From Malacoraja senta (Eukaryota), in the NCBI GenBank assembly GCA_038087875.1, contig JAXLNO010002697.1:62001-126000 (forward strand): a stretch of DNA of 64,000 bases, in the 5' to 3' direction. The position numbers and the translations under genes are program-made. Below the pieces are notes generated by a model. It ran no database searches, was not told the DNA's origin, and was given only the letters and a program-made list of their open reading frames with translations. Shown here one piece after another: positions 1 through 13,184 of this stretch. Numbering within the stretch: position 1 is the stretch's first letter; every line of letters begins with the position of its first letter.

Positions 1-155
1 CTCTTCCTTTCTTCTTCCCATCCCCCCTTCCACCACCACATCAGCCTGAAGAAGGGTCTTGACCCAAAATGTCGCCTGTATCCTTTGCTCCATAGATGCT
101 GCCTCACCCGCTGAGTTTCTCCAGCATTTTTGCCTACCTTGGATTTTCCAGCATC
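1..155 (+). mobile_element. Penelope-like terminal repeat with decayed hammerhead core
   Basis: CTGAAGAAGGGTCTTGACCCAAAATGTC followed by the shared gatgctgcc...ctgagtttctccagcatttt body. Confidence 0.6.
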
Positions 156-169
156 AAACAAACAATCTT

Positions 170-1620
170 TAAAATATTTTTCTACACATATCTCATGAAA
201 AGCTCCAGAATCAGATCATTACTATCCTCCCCACTGGAATGAGTGGAACATACGGCATAAATCTTGTCTGATGTGACGTTTTTCAGCCTTTATTGATATG
301 CAGTGAAGTCTTAGAAACATTTAGCAATGTTACAAAATTTTGAGATTTTAAAAATCAAGTCTGTAATTTATCCCATCAGATAAAGCATAAAAAGAAGTTT
401 AATTTGACACCTAATTCACTTTCATATCTTCAGTATTAAAAAGGTTATGGCCATTTTCATACTCTGAAATTAGCATCTTGTTCCCTATTGCTTTTCCATT
501 GACTTAACTCAAAAGCTGTGATCAAGGACAGTCAAAAGCCCATAACTTTCTTAAAAATTAAGAGAACTGAATGAAATGTTCAGTTATTATAGATTGAAGC
601 ATTCTGAAACAAATATGAAACAATCTTACTTGGATGACCTGAAATTAAAGTATATAATTAGTTAGTTACCCAATTGTAGCTAATTACAAAATTCAATTAC
701 TAGATCTAAACATCTCTTAAGAATTTCTTAAGAAAAAGTTAACATTTTTAAATAGCCTAAATGTTCAAATAACATTCACACAATAATTCACAATATAACA
801 TGATTTTTAAATCTCATGGTCATGAATTTATAGGCCAAATGGAAGGAATTTAGTGTTTAATTCCCGTAAATTAATGGCCATTTTAATAATCTTGCGAGTG
901 GGTTTTTGTGGAACGCGCTGGTTTGGAACGTTGCATTTGCGGTGAATTTAAACCTCATATCGGCAGGAAAAATACTGCCAGTTCGTATATTTACATAATG
1001 ACATTTTCGCAATGTGAAATTTTGATTAAAGGCATCCTTAGAAGCAAGTTTATATATAAAATAAACGGCTTTCCTTTACCTGTCCCGTACATGAAATCCG
1101 TCCCCGTTGTCGGCGTTGACGGCTTTAGAAGATTATTTTTACTTTACTCCTGTTCGTAAAATATTCAGTGCAGTTTAAAAGAAACTTAATAAAACGGCAA
1201 TCAAAGTGATTATTCTTTAGCATCTAAACAGCCTGACAGAAATCGATTTGATCAGGCTGGAGAAACAAGGCATTTTAAACCCGCCCATCTCTCAAAGGCG
1301 CCAAAGTCGCGCACACGGACAGCGACAGATCTGCAGCGTCGCTGAAGGTACGTTTTGTAACATACCTACAACATTGGCTTGAAAGCAATAGACTTTCACA
1401 ACAGCATCAAGAAGATTCAGCTGCATTCTGTTTCTTGCCTTCGTTTTTACAGAGGATACAAGAGAAATATCCTCTCAACGACAGCATTGCTGACAGGGGT
1501 TATTAGGCAAGTAAGGGCAAAGGTGGCAAGCTCTTTAAATGCCTGATGCTGAAGTACACCAATCCAAAACTGTTCAGTGTCTGTCGGGAGTCTATTTTTC
1601 GTAAATGGAGCTTCTTCTTT
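170..1620 (-). mobile_element. hAT-type transposase C-terminal remnant, split by a 1-kb DNA element
   Basis: FKELATFALTCLITPVSNAVVERIF dimerization-like motif; the reading frame continues across the 322-1368 insertion. Confidence 0.6.
322..1368 (+). mobile_element. Non-autonomous DNA transposon, about 1.05 kb, TAG termini, 7-bp TSD (copy 1)
   Basis: TIRs TAGCAATGTTACAAAA / TAGGTATGTTACAAAA; flanks aaacatt / caacatt; homologous to 50463-51498. Confidence 0.8.
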
Positions 1621-2540
1621 CCATCTATATCTGCCATACGGTGTGTTAAATGTCGTAAGCTGAGAACTCTCATCATCCAGTTCCACATGCCAAAACCCAT
1701 TCTTGACGTCAAACGTGCTGAAGACATTGGCTTCATTCAGGTCTGTGAGGACATCTTCAATCGTTGTCATTGGGTAATGACTTCTTTTCAGCCCCTTGTT
1801 CAGATCCCTCGGGTCGAAACACATTCTCAACTTTCCGTTGGGCTTTTCTACACACACAAGGCTGGATACCCTTAGAGTGTGGGTCTCTACTGGGGCAATT
1901 ATTTCAGCTTCTGTTAGTCTGTCTATCCTGTTTCAGCGTATTCCGTAAGGCTACAGGGACTCTTCGTGGAGGATGGATCACCAGCGTTACGCTGTCATCT
2001 ACCTGCAGACGGTACTTGCCCTCGAATTTACCTGTCCCTTCAAACACATCAGCATACTCAGCCATCATTCTTTCCTTGCTCAGAGAGATTTCACTGCCAT
2101 TCAGTTCTCTGTACAGACTGAGATGAGTCCCATCTGCTGGGCTGCCCTGCTTCCCAGGATTGGAATGCAGTCTTCCTCCAGGACTACAAACTCTACTTTG
2201 TATCTCCTTCCATACTTTAGATTTACTAGTTTCACCTTGCTTTATTCCAAGAGGCACCACTGTCGTATTGTTGTACATCGACAATACTTGCTTGGTTTCA
2301 TCCACATCCTTTGCATGCATCTTGGGAATGATGTTACATGTGGCTCCACTGTCTACCTGGAATTCTACTTCCTTCTCTTCCAGCATCGTGGTCGCAAAGA
2401 TTTTCTTTGGGAATTGAGTCTCCTCAACACAGTGAACACTCTGCTTTTGATGCTTCTGGTTGCAGTTCCACTGTTAGGCTGTGGGCCAAGGAGCTTTTTC
2501 GTTCAAGTTCGTGACCCAACTCACGATACTACCTGAATTT
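1621..2540 (-). mobile_element. Gypsy LTR retrotransposon protease-RT remnant
   Basis: FQVDSGATCNII protease motif; KPNGKLRMCFDPRDLNK...FWHVELD...TTFNTPYGRYRW RT motifs; frameshifted. Confidence 0.9.
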
Positions 2541-2544
2541 TTAA

Positions 2545-3247
2545 CATATTGTGTAAAAATATTATATAAATCATACCTGAAACTCGTCAAGACCAAAACC
2601 TGCACATTTTTTACAAATATGAGAAAAAGCTCCGAGTTGTAATTGTCCAATCAATGCACGTTTGACATTGACGTCGGACGCAAATTGACCAATCCCGCGC
2701 TTTTTTTTATGGTCGCTAGGCAGCGATGACCCTAGGATCATGGCTGCCTCCTCATTACATCAAAACAATAACAAGGTTTCCAAGGAATGAAGGTTATGCT
2801 AACCTTGCTGATAATTTTGTTTTTCAATTGATTTATCTGTATAAAGTTGGGGTCAATCAGTGAGTCAGTCGGATATTCAGTCAGTCAGACGGTCGGTCGA
2901 TCAATCGGTCAGTCTGTCGGTCGGGCTTGTCGGTAGGCCGATGGATGATGTGGAGAATCGGTCGGGCTGCCGGTGGGTGGTGACCGTTGGGGCGGGCCGC
3001 TGGTGGGTGGTGAGAGTGGTGACTGACAGGCAAGAAAGAAGACCAATCTGCTGATATAGCGATTTTTTAAACCTTCATAACTTGTAATCCTCCACCGATT
3101 GGAACAAAACTTGGTGCACGTGGAGGAGCGGAGACCAGTGAGTAAGGTGGCACAAAAATCCTAGCAATAAACGGTACAGTTTTTGTTCAAATTTAAAGAA
3201 AGGCAAACCGGAAGTTGTCAAGATGAGAGTTTTAGTAATAGTATAGA
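2545..3247 (-). mobile_element. Helitron-like non-autonomous element
   Basis: Minus strand starts A|TCTATACTATTACTAAAA, similar to the start of 26515-27048; internal (TCAG/TCGG)n tract; 3' CTRR end not identified. Confidence 0.45.
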
Positions 3248-3639
3248 TAATTATACATATTATGTATGATTACAGTCATGTTCACGTCATATACATACAT
3301 ATATACATATATATACACATATATAGTATAATAATATATGGTTTCAATAGACCACAGCACGGAATTAGGCTCCCCATGGTGTAATATGGGCATAGGACAC
3401 TAGATGGGGCTTACTTTTACAATCTAATTTTCTAATTAGTTTAATTAATTAATGTGCAACTTTTGGCATTGATGAGTTATGACTTCCTTCTCAATTATAT
3501 TTTATCTAAATCTGTGCAAAATTTCATGTAGTTCCGAGACATGGGTCATGAAAGTTAAATTCTAGACACATTTCTGAAGCTCGGCCCACAGCCTATGTGT
3601 GAATTTCATCATACTCTTGAATGTCATTATACTCATCAC

Positions 3640-4400
3640 TGGAGCTCTCCACTTCCCCCACTGCATGCACAGATTTGTTGCCTTTCTTTTCTTTCTTCTG
3701 GTTCTTCTGTTGCACCTGCTTTTCCATCCATTGTGATGCAAAATGATTTATCTTATGGCATTTGAAACACTCCTGGCCAGATGTTGGACATTTCTCCTTC
3801 TTCCTCTCATGTTTGTGTCCGCGGTATTTACACTGTATGGTTGGCTGGTATCTTGTCCCCTCTTGTCTTACTGCACAGACATCTTGTCGTTGGTCACCTA
3901 ACAGGACATCAACTCTGGCCTTGGAAAGCCTGGCATGCCTTCACACACTTTTCATCTCTTATGCCTCATATTATGCTATCACTTATCAGTGAATCCTTCA
4001 ACTCTCTGAAATTGCAATGAGCTGCCAAGAGCTTCAGTTCTGTTTAGAACAAATGTTTCCCCTCTTCTTGGCACCTTGTAAAGAATCAATACCTGTCGAT
4101 GGTCTCGTTCCTCACTGGTTAGCAATGCTGATCAAAAGCATCGAGAGCCTGCATTAGCGTCACTTCTTGTCCGTGTCCCTCGCGGTTTTATCGTTTGGTA
4201 GAGCTCTCTCCCTTGTGGTCCAACTAGGTACATGAGCATTTTCCTCTTTATCTTATCATCCTTCCCTGTCATGCTCAAATCAACATAGAGCTCAAACTCG
4301 TCCCTCCATTGGCTCCACTCCATTGGTATATCCGTCCATGATATATCCGCATTCAGACTTCTTCAGAGATTCTTCCATCTTCTAGAAGTAAGCATCATTT
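3640..4400 (-). mobile_element. Gypsy gag remnant (same element as 1621-2540)
   Basis: WSQWRDEFELYV...KMLMYLVGPQGRELYQT and downstream gag-like motifs with stops. Confidence 0.75.
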
Positions 4401-4439
4401 GGTTATTGGTCTTATTAAAACATTGTTTTTAGTTTGAAG

Positions 4440-6715
4440 TCGTACCGTGTGCACCAAACCCATAACATCAGGCATAATACCGTATATTGTCCAAAACACA
4501 AAGCCCAAAGTTTGACAGCATGAAACTTTTTCCTCCATGTCCAATCAACTCATGGATATGTTGTAACAATGATGTTGAAGTGTGAAAATCATTCGAGAGA
4601 ATAATAGGATTTTTAGCAATAACGTTCACTGTGATGTTTTGTTTAATTTCTGGATCATTAGCAGAGGTTTCAAATCCCAGCTCATGTTTTGGCCATTCCC
4701 TGTCTGGCTTACAGAGCAACTCTTGTCCATTGATCTATCTCTTATTGCTTAAGAAGCGGTCTGCTGTCAGTCCTCTGGAAGCTTCATCCGCAGGATTTTC
4801 TTTTGTGTTAAAATATTTCCATTAATGATACATCAGTTGCTCCCAATGCTCTTTCCATTGCCAAATTGTCTTTGTCCAAATCTAACTCTCTGGTCTCTTT
4901 GGCTCTATCATCTGGTAGAATGCTTCCAATACAACGCGACTGATGCTGATCCACTTGGAAAGCATGAATCCTCCCTTATTGCAGAGGGAAGTCAGATGTT
5001 TTACCATTTGAATTGCTTCCTGCTCAGTAGACATGGATTTTAAATAATCACCCACATAGAAATGATTCTTCAAAGTGGTTATCATTCCACTGTAAAATGA
5101 ACTTTGTGGTCCTCTGCGGTCTTCTTTGATGCAAAGTTCACACAACTTGGTGATGACACTGCTCCAAAGAGATGTACCTTCATCTGGTATTCAACAAGAT
5201 CTTGCTGTACATCCCCTTCAGGCCACCATACGAATCGCAGGTAGTCAATGTGTTTTTCTGATACTTTGACGATGAAACATCGCTCTGATATCAGCCATCA
5301 AAGCAATTGGTTCTTATCTGAATTTAATGAGAACTCCAATGAGTGAGTTGGTAAGGTCTGGACCTTACAATAGTTGACAGTTAAGTGATGTTCCTTTGAA
5401 GACTGCAGCCCAGTCAAAGACCATCCTCAAAGTCCCTTTCTTCGAGTGATACACCCCATGGTGCGGAATATATCATAGCTCTCCATCACTTCGATTCAGT
5501 TGGTTTGTTGGTACCAGTTCGGCATAATCTTTGTCAATCATATCCTTTTGGAAAGATGTATATTCCTCATGAAATTTTGTATTCTGGCCAAACTTGCGTT
5601 TCAAATTTAGGATGCGTTGCTCTGCCATATGACGATTATTTGGCAGACTAACACTTTCTTGTTTGAAAGGAAAGTCCAAACAATAGTGTCCGTCCATTAT
5701 CTTTACTGAGTAGTTCATAATATCCAAGAACTTTAACTCTTCCCTGGACATTTCTTCAGATTCCTTACTAGTTCTTTCATTGAAGTCATGATTGTATTGC
5801 TTGATCAATAGCTTTTCTAATTTACCAGTAGATATTTGATTAACAGCAGCGGCAGGATAGTTCTTCTGGTTTCCGCTTTCATTGTTCCTTCTCAAGGAGC
5901 CATAGATAACCCATCCTAGTAGGGTTTTCACAGCAAACGGTCCATCACCTTGGCTCCTCACAATCTGTATCGGTTCCAATGCCTTCAATGCATTCGTTCC
6001 GATAAGTAGGTCAATATCAGAATCTATTTTAGATATTTTGACATCCTTCAAGTAAGGCCATTGTCTCAAGTCCTCATGTCTGGGTATATTTTGATGACCA
6101 ATAGGCATGGTTTCATGTGTAAACACTTCAGATATTGGAATAAAATTATCTTCATCCAGACTAGATATTTCCCTACTTGTAATGTAATGATTAACGGACT
6201 CCTTCTCTTCATTCATGGTATGCAATCGAATCTTAATCTCCTCTCCTGTGATGTCCAGCCTTCTCATCATGCCTTCTATGCAGAAGGTAGCCGAACTTCC
6301 GTGATCTACAAATGGATATGTTTGCAACACTGTATTCGTCTTGCTATTCCTTACCTGTACTGGTAAGACAGAGAAGATACAGGCTTCTAACCCGGCCCCA
6401 ATATGAGCAGTTACTTGAGGTGAGGTGACAGCATCACTAGTAGCTGGCTTCTCCTTCTGTTCTATTTGCTCCGGTTACCATTATTCGGCCTGCTTTATCT
6501 CACCACTTTTCTCTCAGTCGTCTGGGCAGTTTTAGAATGATGGCTCTAGTATTACTAACAAGATTCATCTCCCCCATGTGGTTGAGATTTTTCATCGAGC
6601 TACATCAACCTCTAAGAAATTTTGCAAAATCAATGCCTCCACATCTTCTGGCTTGATATCTTTCCAAGCGTAGGCCTTCTCCATGTATACGTTAGGAATC
6701 CTCTGTTCAAAGTAA
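4440..6715 (-). mobile_element. BEL/Pao LTR retrotransposon gag-protease-RT-integrase remnant
   Basis: YMEKAYAWKDIKPEDVEAL and KLPRRLREKW gag; TYPFVDHGSSATFC protease; PHHGVYH and NHFYVGD RT; HELIGHGG integrase zinc-binding region. Confidence 0.9.
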
Positions 6716-7304
6716 CATTAGCAAATTTGCAGATGACACAAAGCTGGATGGCAGTGTGAACTGTAAGGAGGATGCTATAAGAATGCAGGATGATTTGGAC
6801 AGGTTGGGGGAGTGGACAGATGCATGGCAGATGAAGTTTAATGTGGATAAATGTGAGGTTATCCACCTTGGTATCAAAAACAGGAAGGCAGATAACTATA
6901 TAAATGGCGTCAAGTTGGGAAAAGGGGAAGTACAATGGGATCTAGGGGTCCTTGTTTATCAGTCTATGAAAGTAAGCATGCAGGTACAGCAGGCAGTGAA
7001 GAAAGCGAATGGCATGTTGTCCTTTATAACAAGAAGAGTCAAATATAGGAGCAAAGAGGTCCATCTGCAGTTGTACAGAGCCCTAGTGATACCACACCTG
7101 GAGTATTGTGTGCAGTTTTGGTCCCCTAATGTGAGGAAGGGCTTTCTTGCTATTGAGGGAATGCAACGTAGGTTTACAAGGATGGCGGGACTGTCATATG
7201 CTGAGAGAATGGAGCGGCTGGGCTTGTATACTCTGGAGTTTAGAAGAATGAGAGGGGATCTTATTGAAACATATAAGATTGTTAACGGTTTGGACATGCT
7301 AGAG
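6716..7304 (+). mobile_element. CR1 LINE RT fragment inserted in BEL, cut at its 3' side by the hAT element
   Basis: FADDTK...WQMKFNVDKCEV...PHLEYCVQFWSP motifs. Confidence 0.9.
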
Positions 7305-10025
7305 CAGTGGTCCCCAACCTTTTTTTGGCCATGCCCGACCTAATCACCTCTAAAATCCTGATGCCCCCCACCCCTCATGTGGTGATATATAATTCTTATC
7401 ATTTCAATACCTTGGTTTAAACAAGCTTCAAAAGAACATGGCATCCATGAAAAAGAAAAATGAAATAAACAAAAGACAGTTAAAGTTCTGAGCAAAAAAT
7501 TACTAAAAAATTGTTAAAAAAAAGAAAAAAACATTAGGTGGTATTAAAATAATAATAATGATAAATATGATAATAAAAGAGTATTCACAGGTAATAAAGA
7601 GAGAGAAAATTTCTATATTAGAATATTGAAATATTTGTGGATTGTCTCATACCAAAACAGCAAATAAAGTTTCAAAACATATAATAGAGAACTGAAATGT
7701 TATACAACACAAACTAATTTGAATGGAAGCTTTTTCTGTAATACATCGATCATTTTAATTACTGTACAATAAAGTAAAGGTACCTATCAAATGCAAAATA
7801 CCATTTGAGCTCACCTCAAGATAATTAGAATAAAGTTAGTGAGACCCTTGTGCTTCATGCCTGCTGCAAAGAGATTTTATATTAGGCACTAATTTAGTCA
7901 GCTTCAGTCTCAAATCTCCTCGTTTAGTGATATCCAGTCGATTTCTTTTCTCCAGTAGCAAATCATTTACAGCACTAAAGCCACATTCAGCTAAATATGT
8001 AGATGGGAATGGTAACAACCGTTTTCTTGCAAAGCTGGTTGAATTTGGGTATCTAGTTTCTGTCTCATCACAAAGCCATGCCATCACTCCTTTTATGTTG
8101 AATAAAGTTTTAACTGACTCATCATTTTGTATTTCCGAGAGTTCTTCTTGGTACTGCATTGAAACATCAGATAGATCCACTAGCACTGGCTGCATCACCC
8201 ATGTTGGAAAATCAATCTGTTTTAAATCAGAAAATCTTTCTTTCAAATCAGAGGCCAATATTTTCAGATGATCCACAATGACAAGTACAGCAGCATCAGT
8301 CGGCTCACATTTCTTTAGCCAATGAAACTGGTCAAAATTTTTGTCAGAAATATGTTTTTGGCATAACTCGATAAATGAAATAAAGCCAAATATCTTCGCC
8401 TTTGCATCAACAAGAGTTTTATTTGTTCCTTGAAGTTGTTTATTCAACACATTCAGTTTTTCAAAAATATCTGCTAAATAACTCACAAACGCTTTTCCAT
8501 CAACGGTTAGCAGGTGCTTCATTTCAGGCTTGTCACTTAAAAAGTCACAAAGCTCATCAAATAGTTCCATGAATCTTTTCAAACAATTCCCCTTCGAAAG
8601 CTACCGCACCTCAGTGTGAAGTAAAAGTCACACATGGTCTGCATTGTTATCTTCACAAAATTGCTGAAAAGACGCCCACATTTGGCATTAGCTTTGATAG
8701 CATTGATAGATTTTATAACTGATTTCAGTACCTCATTAAGTACAGGAGAAATATTTTTCGACACTAAGTTCTCTCTATGAATAACACAGTGCACAAGAAG
8801 CATTTCCGGATTCTCATCTTTCATCAATTTTAAGCAACCATTTTTCTTGCCCATCATAACAGGAGCACCATCAGCTGCACAAGATGTTATGTTTTCCATT
8901 GGTATATTATTGACATCTAAGTAGTGTTTTAGTTTATTATATATATCAGTGGCGGTAGTGGTGGTCTCTAACGATTTGCAGAATAACATTTCTTCAGCAA
9001 ATTCACCTTTATCAATATATCTTACATAGGTTAGCAATAAGGCCTCACTGTCTCTCACAGTTGATTCATCCATTTGTACTGAGAATTTTCTTGATTTCAG
9101 CTTTTCAACAAGTTGCGTTTCAATATCTTCACTCATTTCATCTGTTCTTCTCCTAACAGTGTTGTTACTGAGTGGCATGGCTTTAACATCTTTGTCATCT
9201 TTTTCCAGAACTGTTTTAAGAAATGCTGATAATGATGGTTTAATTAAATCCTCCCCTATAGTATGATTTTTTCCAGATTTAGCAATGAGTAAAGAAATTT
9301 CATAACTAGCCTCAAGAGTACGACTGACAGTAACAGTTTGTGCAGTGAACAGAGACTTTATTGTTGATCTTTTTTCAAACTTATCCTTTAAAGATTTGAA
9401 GTAATTCAAATCTGAATTTACATACGCACTATGTTTCGCCTTCAAATGCGCCTCAAGACGACCTGGTTTAATTGATTCGTTGGTCAAGCATTGTTGGCAT
9501 AAGAGGCAGAAAGGTGACCGACCGTTCACCATGGACAGCGGGTATGAAACCAAGTTTTAAATATTACTCTGAATACTGACGAACTTTCTTCTTGCTTGCA
9601 CTACTCATTTTAGCACGAGCAGTCAAAGAAATAATTCTCAGAAAATGGATTGCTTTCCCTTGAGAGAAAACGGAGGAAATAGATATTATAAGGGTAATTT
9701 AGCAAAAGCTCTTTGAATCGCATTTCTAAATCCAATTCAATAAATAAGGTTCTCCCATGACCTCGCGCGCTTCGTGCGACGTGCATGAAGAGCGATGGCG
9801 CGGTGATTATGTAATAACTACACAATAAAGACCTTTTTTACCCCAAAAAAATTATTTACTCAAAATAACATCTGAAACATAAACTACATATGTTTACCTG
9901 ATGGAAAATCCAAAAAAATAAAAATTGAAAATTTGGACCCAGACCTCCTCAGTCGCGCTCAATTGCCCCCCTTAAAAATCAAATTGCCCCCCTGTGGAGC
10001 GTACGCCCCACGTTGGGAACCACTG
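7305..10025 (-). mobile_element. hAT transposon, Buster/Charlie (ZBED8/SCAND3-like) family, full length, defective
   Basis: TIRs CAGTGGTCCCCAACC / CAGTGGTTCCCAACG; both flanks fit nnnTAnnn; BED finger, MDES, DGA, CVIHRE and AECGFS motifs. Confidence 0.92.
7836..9608 (-). pseudogene. hAT transposase pseudo-CDS
   Basis: ATG at 9608; TAA at 9564-9566; frameshift near 8668; TAG replacing W of the conserved RW motif at 8601-8603. Confidence 0.88.
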
Positions 10026-10530
10026 ATGTAAACGGTGGCATGCACATATGTGTAGTGGAGATTATAAATGGCATGGATCAATAAGGGTTAATCTACAAAC
10101 CTCACTTTTCATTATCTACATCATCGATTTGGCAACCACCAACTTTGTGGCTAGTTCCAGGTGTGCTTTTCGTTACCTTATCTCTTCTTCTTGTCGCCTC
10201 ATCTCTTCTCTCAGCTGTTCTTCTTGTCGCTCAATCTCATGTTTCTTCTCCAAGGTATTTGATTCTATTGAGAGTGCAGCTAGATCAACTTCAACTTCCA
10301 TTCGAGCAAAGGCCCTTGATGCTTTACTGGCTATAGAACCAGATTTATGTCCTGATCTTTGTGTAGATACATTTGAAATATTATCTTGAGGTGTAATCAC
10401 ATCTTCCATTCCAGCACCTTGTTGCGTGGCTTGTTTCCTGTTTTCCAGGCTGGCAAGCGAACAAGCTTCTTGGCTTCTTTCCAAACTTTAGCAGAACTAA
10501 ATTTCTCCAGACTCTTCAGAAGCTGTTTGA
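10026..10530 (-). mobile_element. BEL/Pao gag N-terminal remnant
   Basis: SNVSTQRSGHKSGSIASKASRA...AAL...LEKKHEIERQEEQLR coiled-coil pattern typical of BEL gag. Confidence 0.7.
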
Positions 10531-10589
10531 AGTAAACATTCCAGCTTCTGAATTCAACATAGTAGAATAGTTGTTCTACACAAGATTCT

Positions 10590-10785
10590 GGGCAGTGGGC
10601 AGGTGCTATAGACCTGCACGGGAAGGTAGACGCTCCCGTCCCCACGAGTCTCGGGCAGATGGGGCTCGTCAGCCTGGGAAGGCAGTCCATCTAGGAGAGG
10701 GAAAACTCTGATTTAAAACCTCCACTGCCTTGTGGCTATATCCAGTCATGGAAAAGGCTCCAGGAGTAAACCTGGCTGGTTGAGA
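10590..10785 (+). mobile_element. RTE-type 5' region fragment
   Basis: ggcagtccatctaggagagggaaaactctgatttaaaacctcc resembles RTE 5' UTR motifs; recognition only. Confidence 0.4.
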
Positions 10786-10905
10786 TCTATTTTCTTCAGT
10801 TCCTCTTCCAAGGAACCAGTCTTCAGTTCCTCCTGGTACTAATTTTTGGGCGAATCTCTCTCCAGAGATCCAGGCCAATCTGTCCCACTTCTACCACCTC
10901 CTGAC

Positions 10906-11393
10906 TGTAAGGTAGCTTTCGACTCGATATAATGGCAGATTATTATATTGTTCAAGGATTTTCTCCCTCTAGCCACTAGGAGAAGACACGGGGTGAGGAG
11001 ATAGCGTCGTTTTACGAATGGGAACTCTCCACGAGACATTCAAAGCCGTAGAAAGATAAATCATCAAAACAAACTCTCTTGATTAATAGTTTCTTTATTG
11101 TCAAAGTAAAACAGTCAGATATTCATCTAAACCTCTTCTTGATAAGTACATTTTAATCTTCGTCAAACTCCAGCATGTGGCTCCGAAATATTAGAAAACG
11201 TCTTTGGTGTTGGAAAGCTCTGACCATTGGTCGAAAGCTATACTGTCCCACCATGCTTCCTCCGAACTAAATAAAAACCTACAAGTTTCTTCCAAGAATC
11301 CCAGCAGCAAACACGCCTCTGACTACATAATATATCCCACCCACATAATTACAGGCAGACAACATTTAAAGGCAAATTCCATAATTTATGACA
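10906..11393 (-). mobile_element. Putative 5' LTR of the BEL element
   Basis: TGTCATAAA...AATAAA...TTACA on the minus strand, followed by GTCAGGAGGTGGTAGAAGTGGGAC, which resembles a tRNA-Leu-type PBS. Confidence 0.4.
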
Positions 11394-11414
11394 CAAAAAA
11401 TTAAGCCAAACGGC

Positions 11415-11610
11415 CACTACACTCACTCTCTCACTCACACTCTCACTCACTCATCTACTCACACTCACTCACTCACTCACTCACACTCTCATTCACTCAC
11501 TCACTCTCAGTCACTCACATTCACTAACACACTCACTCACACTCACTCTCTCACTGTCACACTCACTTACTCACTGTCACTCTCTCTTTCTCTGTCTCTC
11601 TCTTTCTCTT

Positions 11611-11654
<44 letters not shown>

Positions 11655-11655
11655 G
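11415..11655. repeat. Compound (TCAC)n/(CT)n microsatellite
   Basis: Directly visible. Confidence 0.95.
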
Positions 11656-12461
11656 GTAACCATGTGCCTATGATCTCCAGTGAGCAAGTGTTCGAAGAAG
11701 CTCACAAACAAAGATCTGGAGTTCCTACTCTTTTTTCCCCTCTCTTCCTTCATCCGGTCCACCTTAGCTGAAACACCAGTAACTAATATGTTCATCAGAC
11801 ACGGACTGCCCCGAACCTACATGAAAGTTTCAAAATCTCGGCGCTTTCTCTCAGCATTGAGTGCACTAATGTAAAAAGAAAATGTATCTACGGTATTGGA
11901 CACAGATGTTAAACACAAATTGCCTGCGGTATCAGTGAAACCTTCTGTATATATACTTTTGTAAATAGTTTTGAATATTCCCTGTTTTTAATTAGTTTTT
12001 AAGAAAATAGCTATTATTAATGAATTTCAGTGCATCAATTTGTTTTTTGAAATAAAATTTTGAGATATTTAACGCATTAGGCTTTGGCGGCTGTTATTTT
12101 TCTGCTCTGACCTTAACCGCTGCTCTCTGCATGTTGTTTATTTGTTGTTCTGAGTTTGGTTCCATGGTATGGATTAGGTATTGGGAATACAGCCATCTCT
12201 TACACATCACAGATCCAAGCACAAGTCTAATTTCCCAATAAGCTGTTCACGTACTATTTATGGTAACTCCCTTCAATAACATTATCGAGATAGACACAAA
12301 GTGCTGGAGTTACTCAATGGGCCGGGCAACATATCTGGAGAAAAACGATGGGTAATTTTTTTGTTTTGTTTAGAGATACAGCACGGAAACTGGCCCCTTC
12401 AGCCCACGGAGTCCATGCCGATCAGCGATCCCCGCACACTAACGCTATCCTACACACACTT

Positions 12462-13010
12462 ACTTACTTAGACTTAGTTCCTCCCACACTGTTGAGTGCG
12501 TTGGGCAGCAAGCTTTGGCCATTCTGTTCGGTTATGTGCAACGTCTTCCACCCTCGATAGGTTAGTGTCCCGGGCTTCCAAATCCTACCAGAATGTTCAC
12601 CTCATGTGAGTTTTGGTCGGCCTCTTTTCCTTCTTCCGTCAGCTTGCCATGTCATTGCTATCTTAGGTGCACGTTCTGCTGACATTCTGAGTACATGTCC
12701 TGCAGATTTCATCCTGTGTCCCTCCATGTCCTGGATGAGAGGCTTTGTTGCAATTTCCCGGTAGATCTCCTCATTTGTGATGTGGTCTCTGTAGCTAGTC
12801 TTCAGGATCCTCCTCAAGCAACGTTGTTGGGATGCATCCAATTTATTTTTCATCTTCACATTGATTTTCCATGTATCAGTGGCACAGAGGGCTGTAGGGA
12901 AGACTACGGACTGGAAGAGTTTGACTTTTAGCATCTTGGATATCCCACCACTAGACCATATTGGCTGCATTTGTCTGAAGATTGATGCAGCTTTACCAAT
13001 TCCGGGTATT
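12462..13010 (-). mobile_element. RTE-clade LINE 3' fragment
   Basis: KLDASQQRCLRRIL...GHVLRM...GRRKRGRPK; (TAAG)n tail. Confidence 0.85.
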
Positions 13011-13029
13011 TTATAATTTTTACCGAAGC

Positions 13030-13184
13030 AAATTAAAAACCCTAGCGTCTTTGGCATTTTGGAGGAAACCGGAGCACCTGGAGAAATCCCACAAAGGTCA
13101 CGGGGAGAACGTAAAACTCCATACAGACAGCACTCATAGTGTGGATCGAACCTGGGTCTCTGGCGCTGTAAGGCAGCAGCTCTA
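13030..13184 (-). mobile_element. tRNA-derived V-SINE (HE1-like), partial
   Basis: B-box GGTTCGATCC and conserved central domain. Confidence 0.8.

Noticed and set aside
4132-4720. Novel BEL-Gypsy hybrid retrotransposon
   Set aside because: Adjacent co-oriented decayed fragments are better explained by nesting and deletion; there are no shared LTRs and no continuous frame.
11388-11795. His/Thr/Ser-rich and Glu-Arg repeat ORFs
   Set aside because: Translations of microsatellites.
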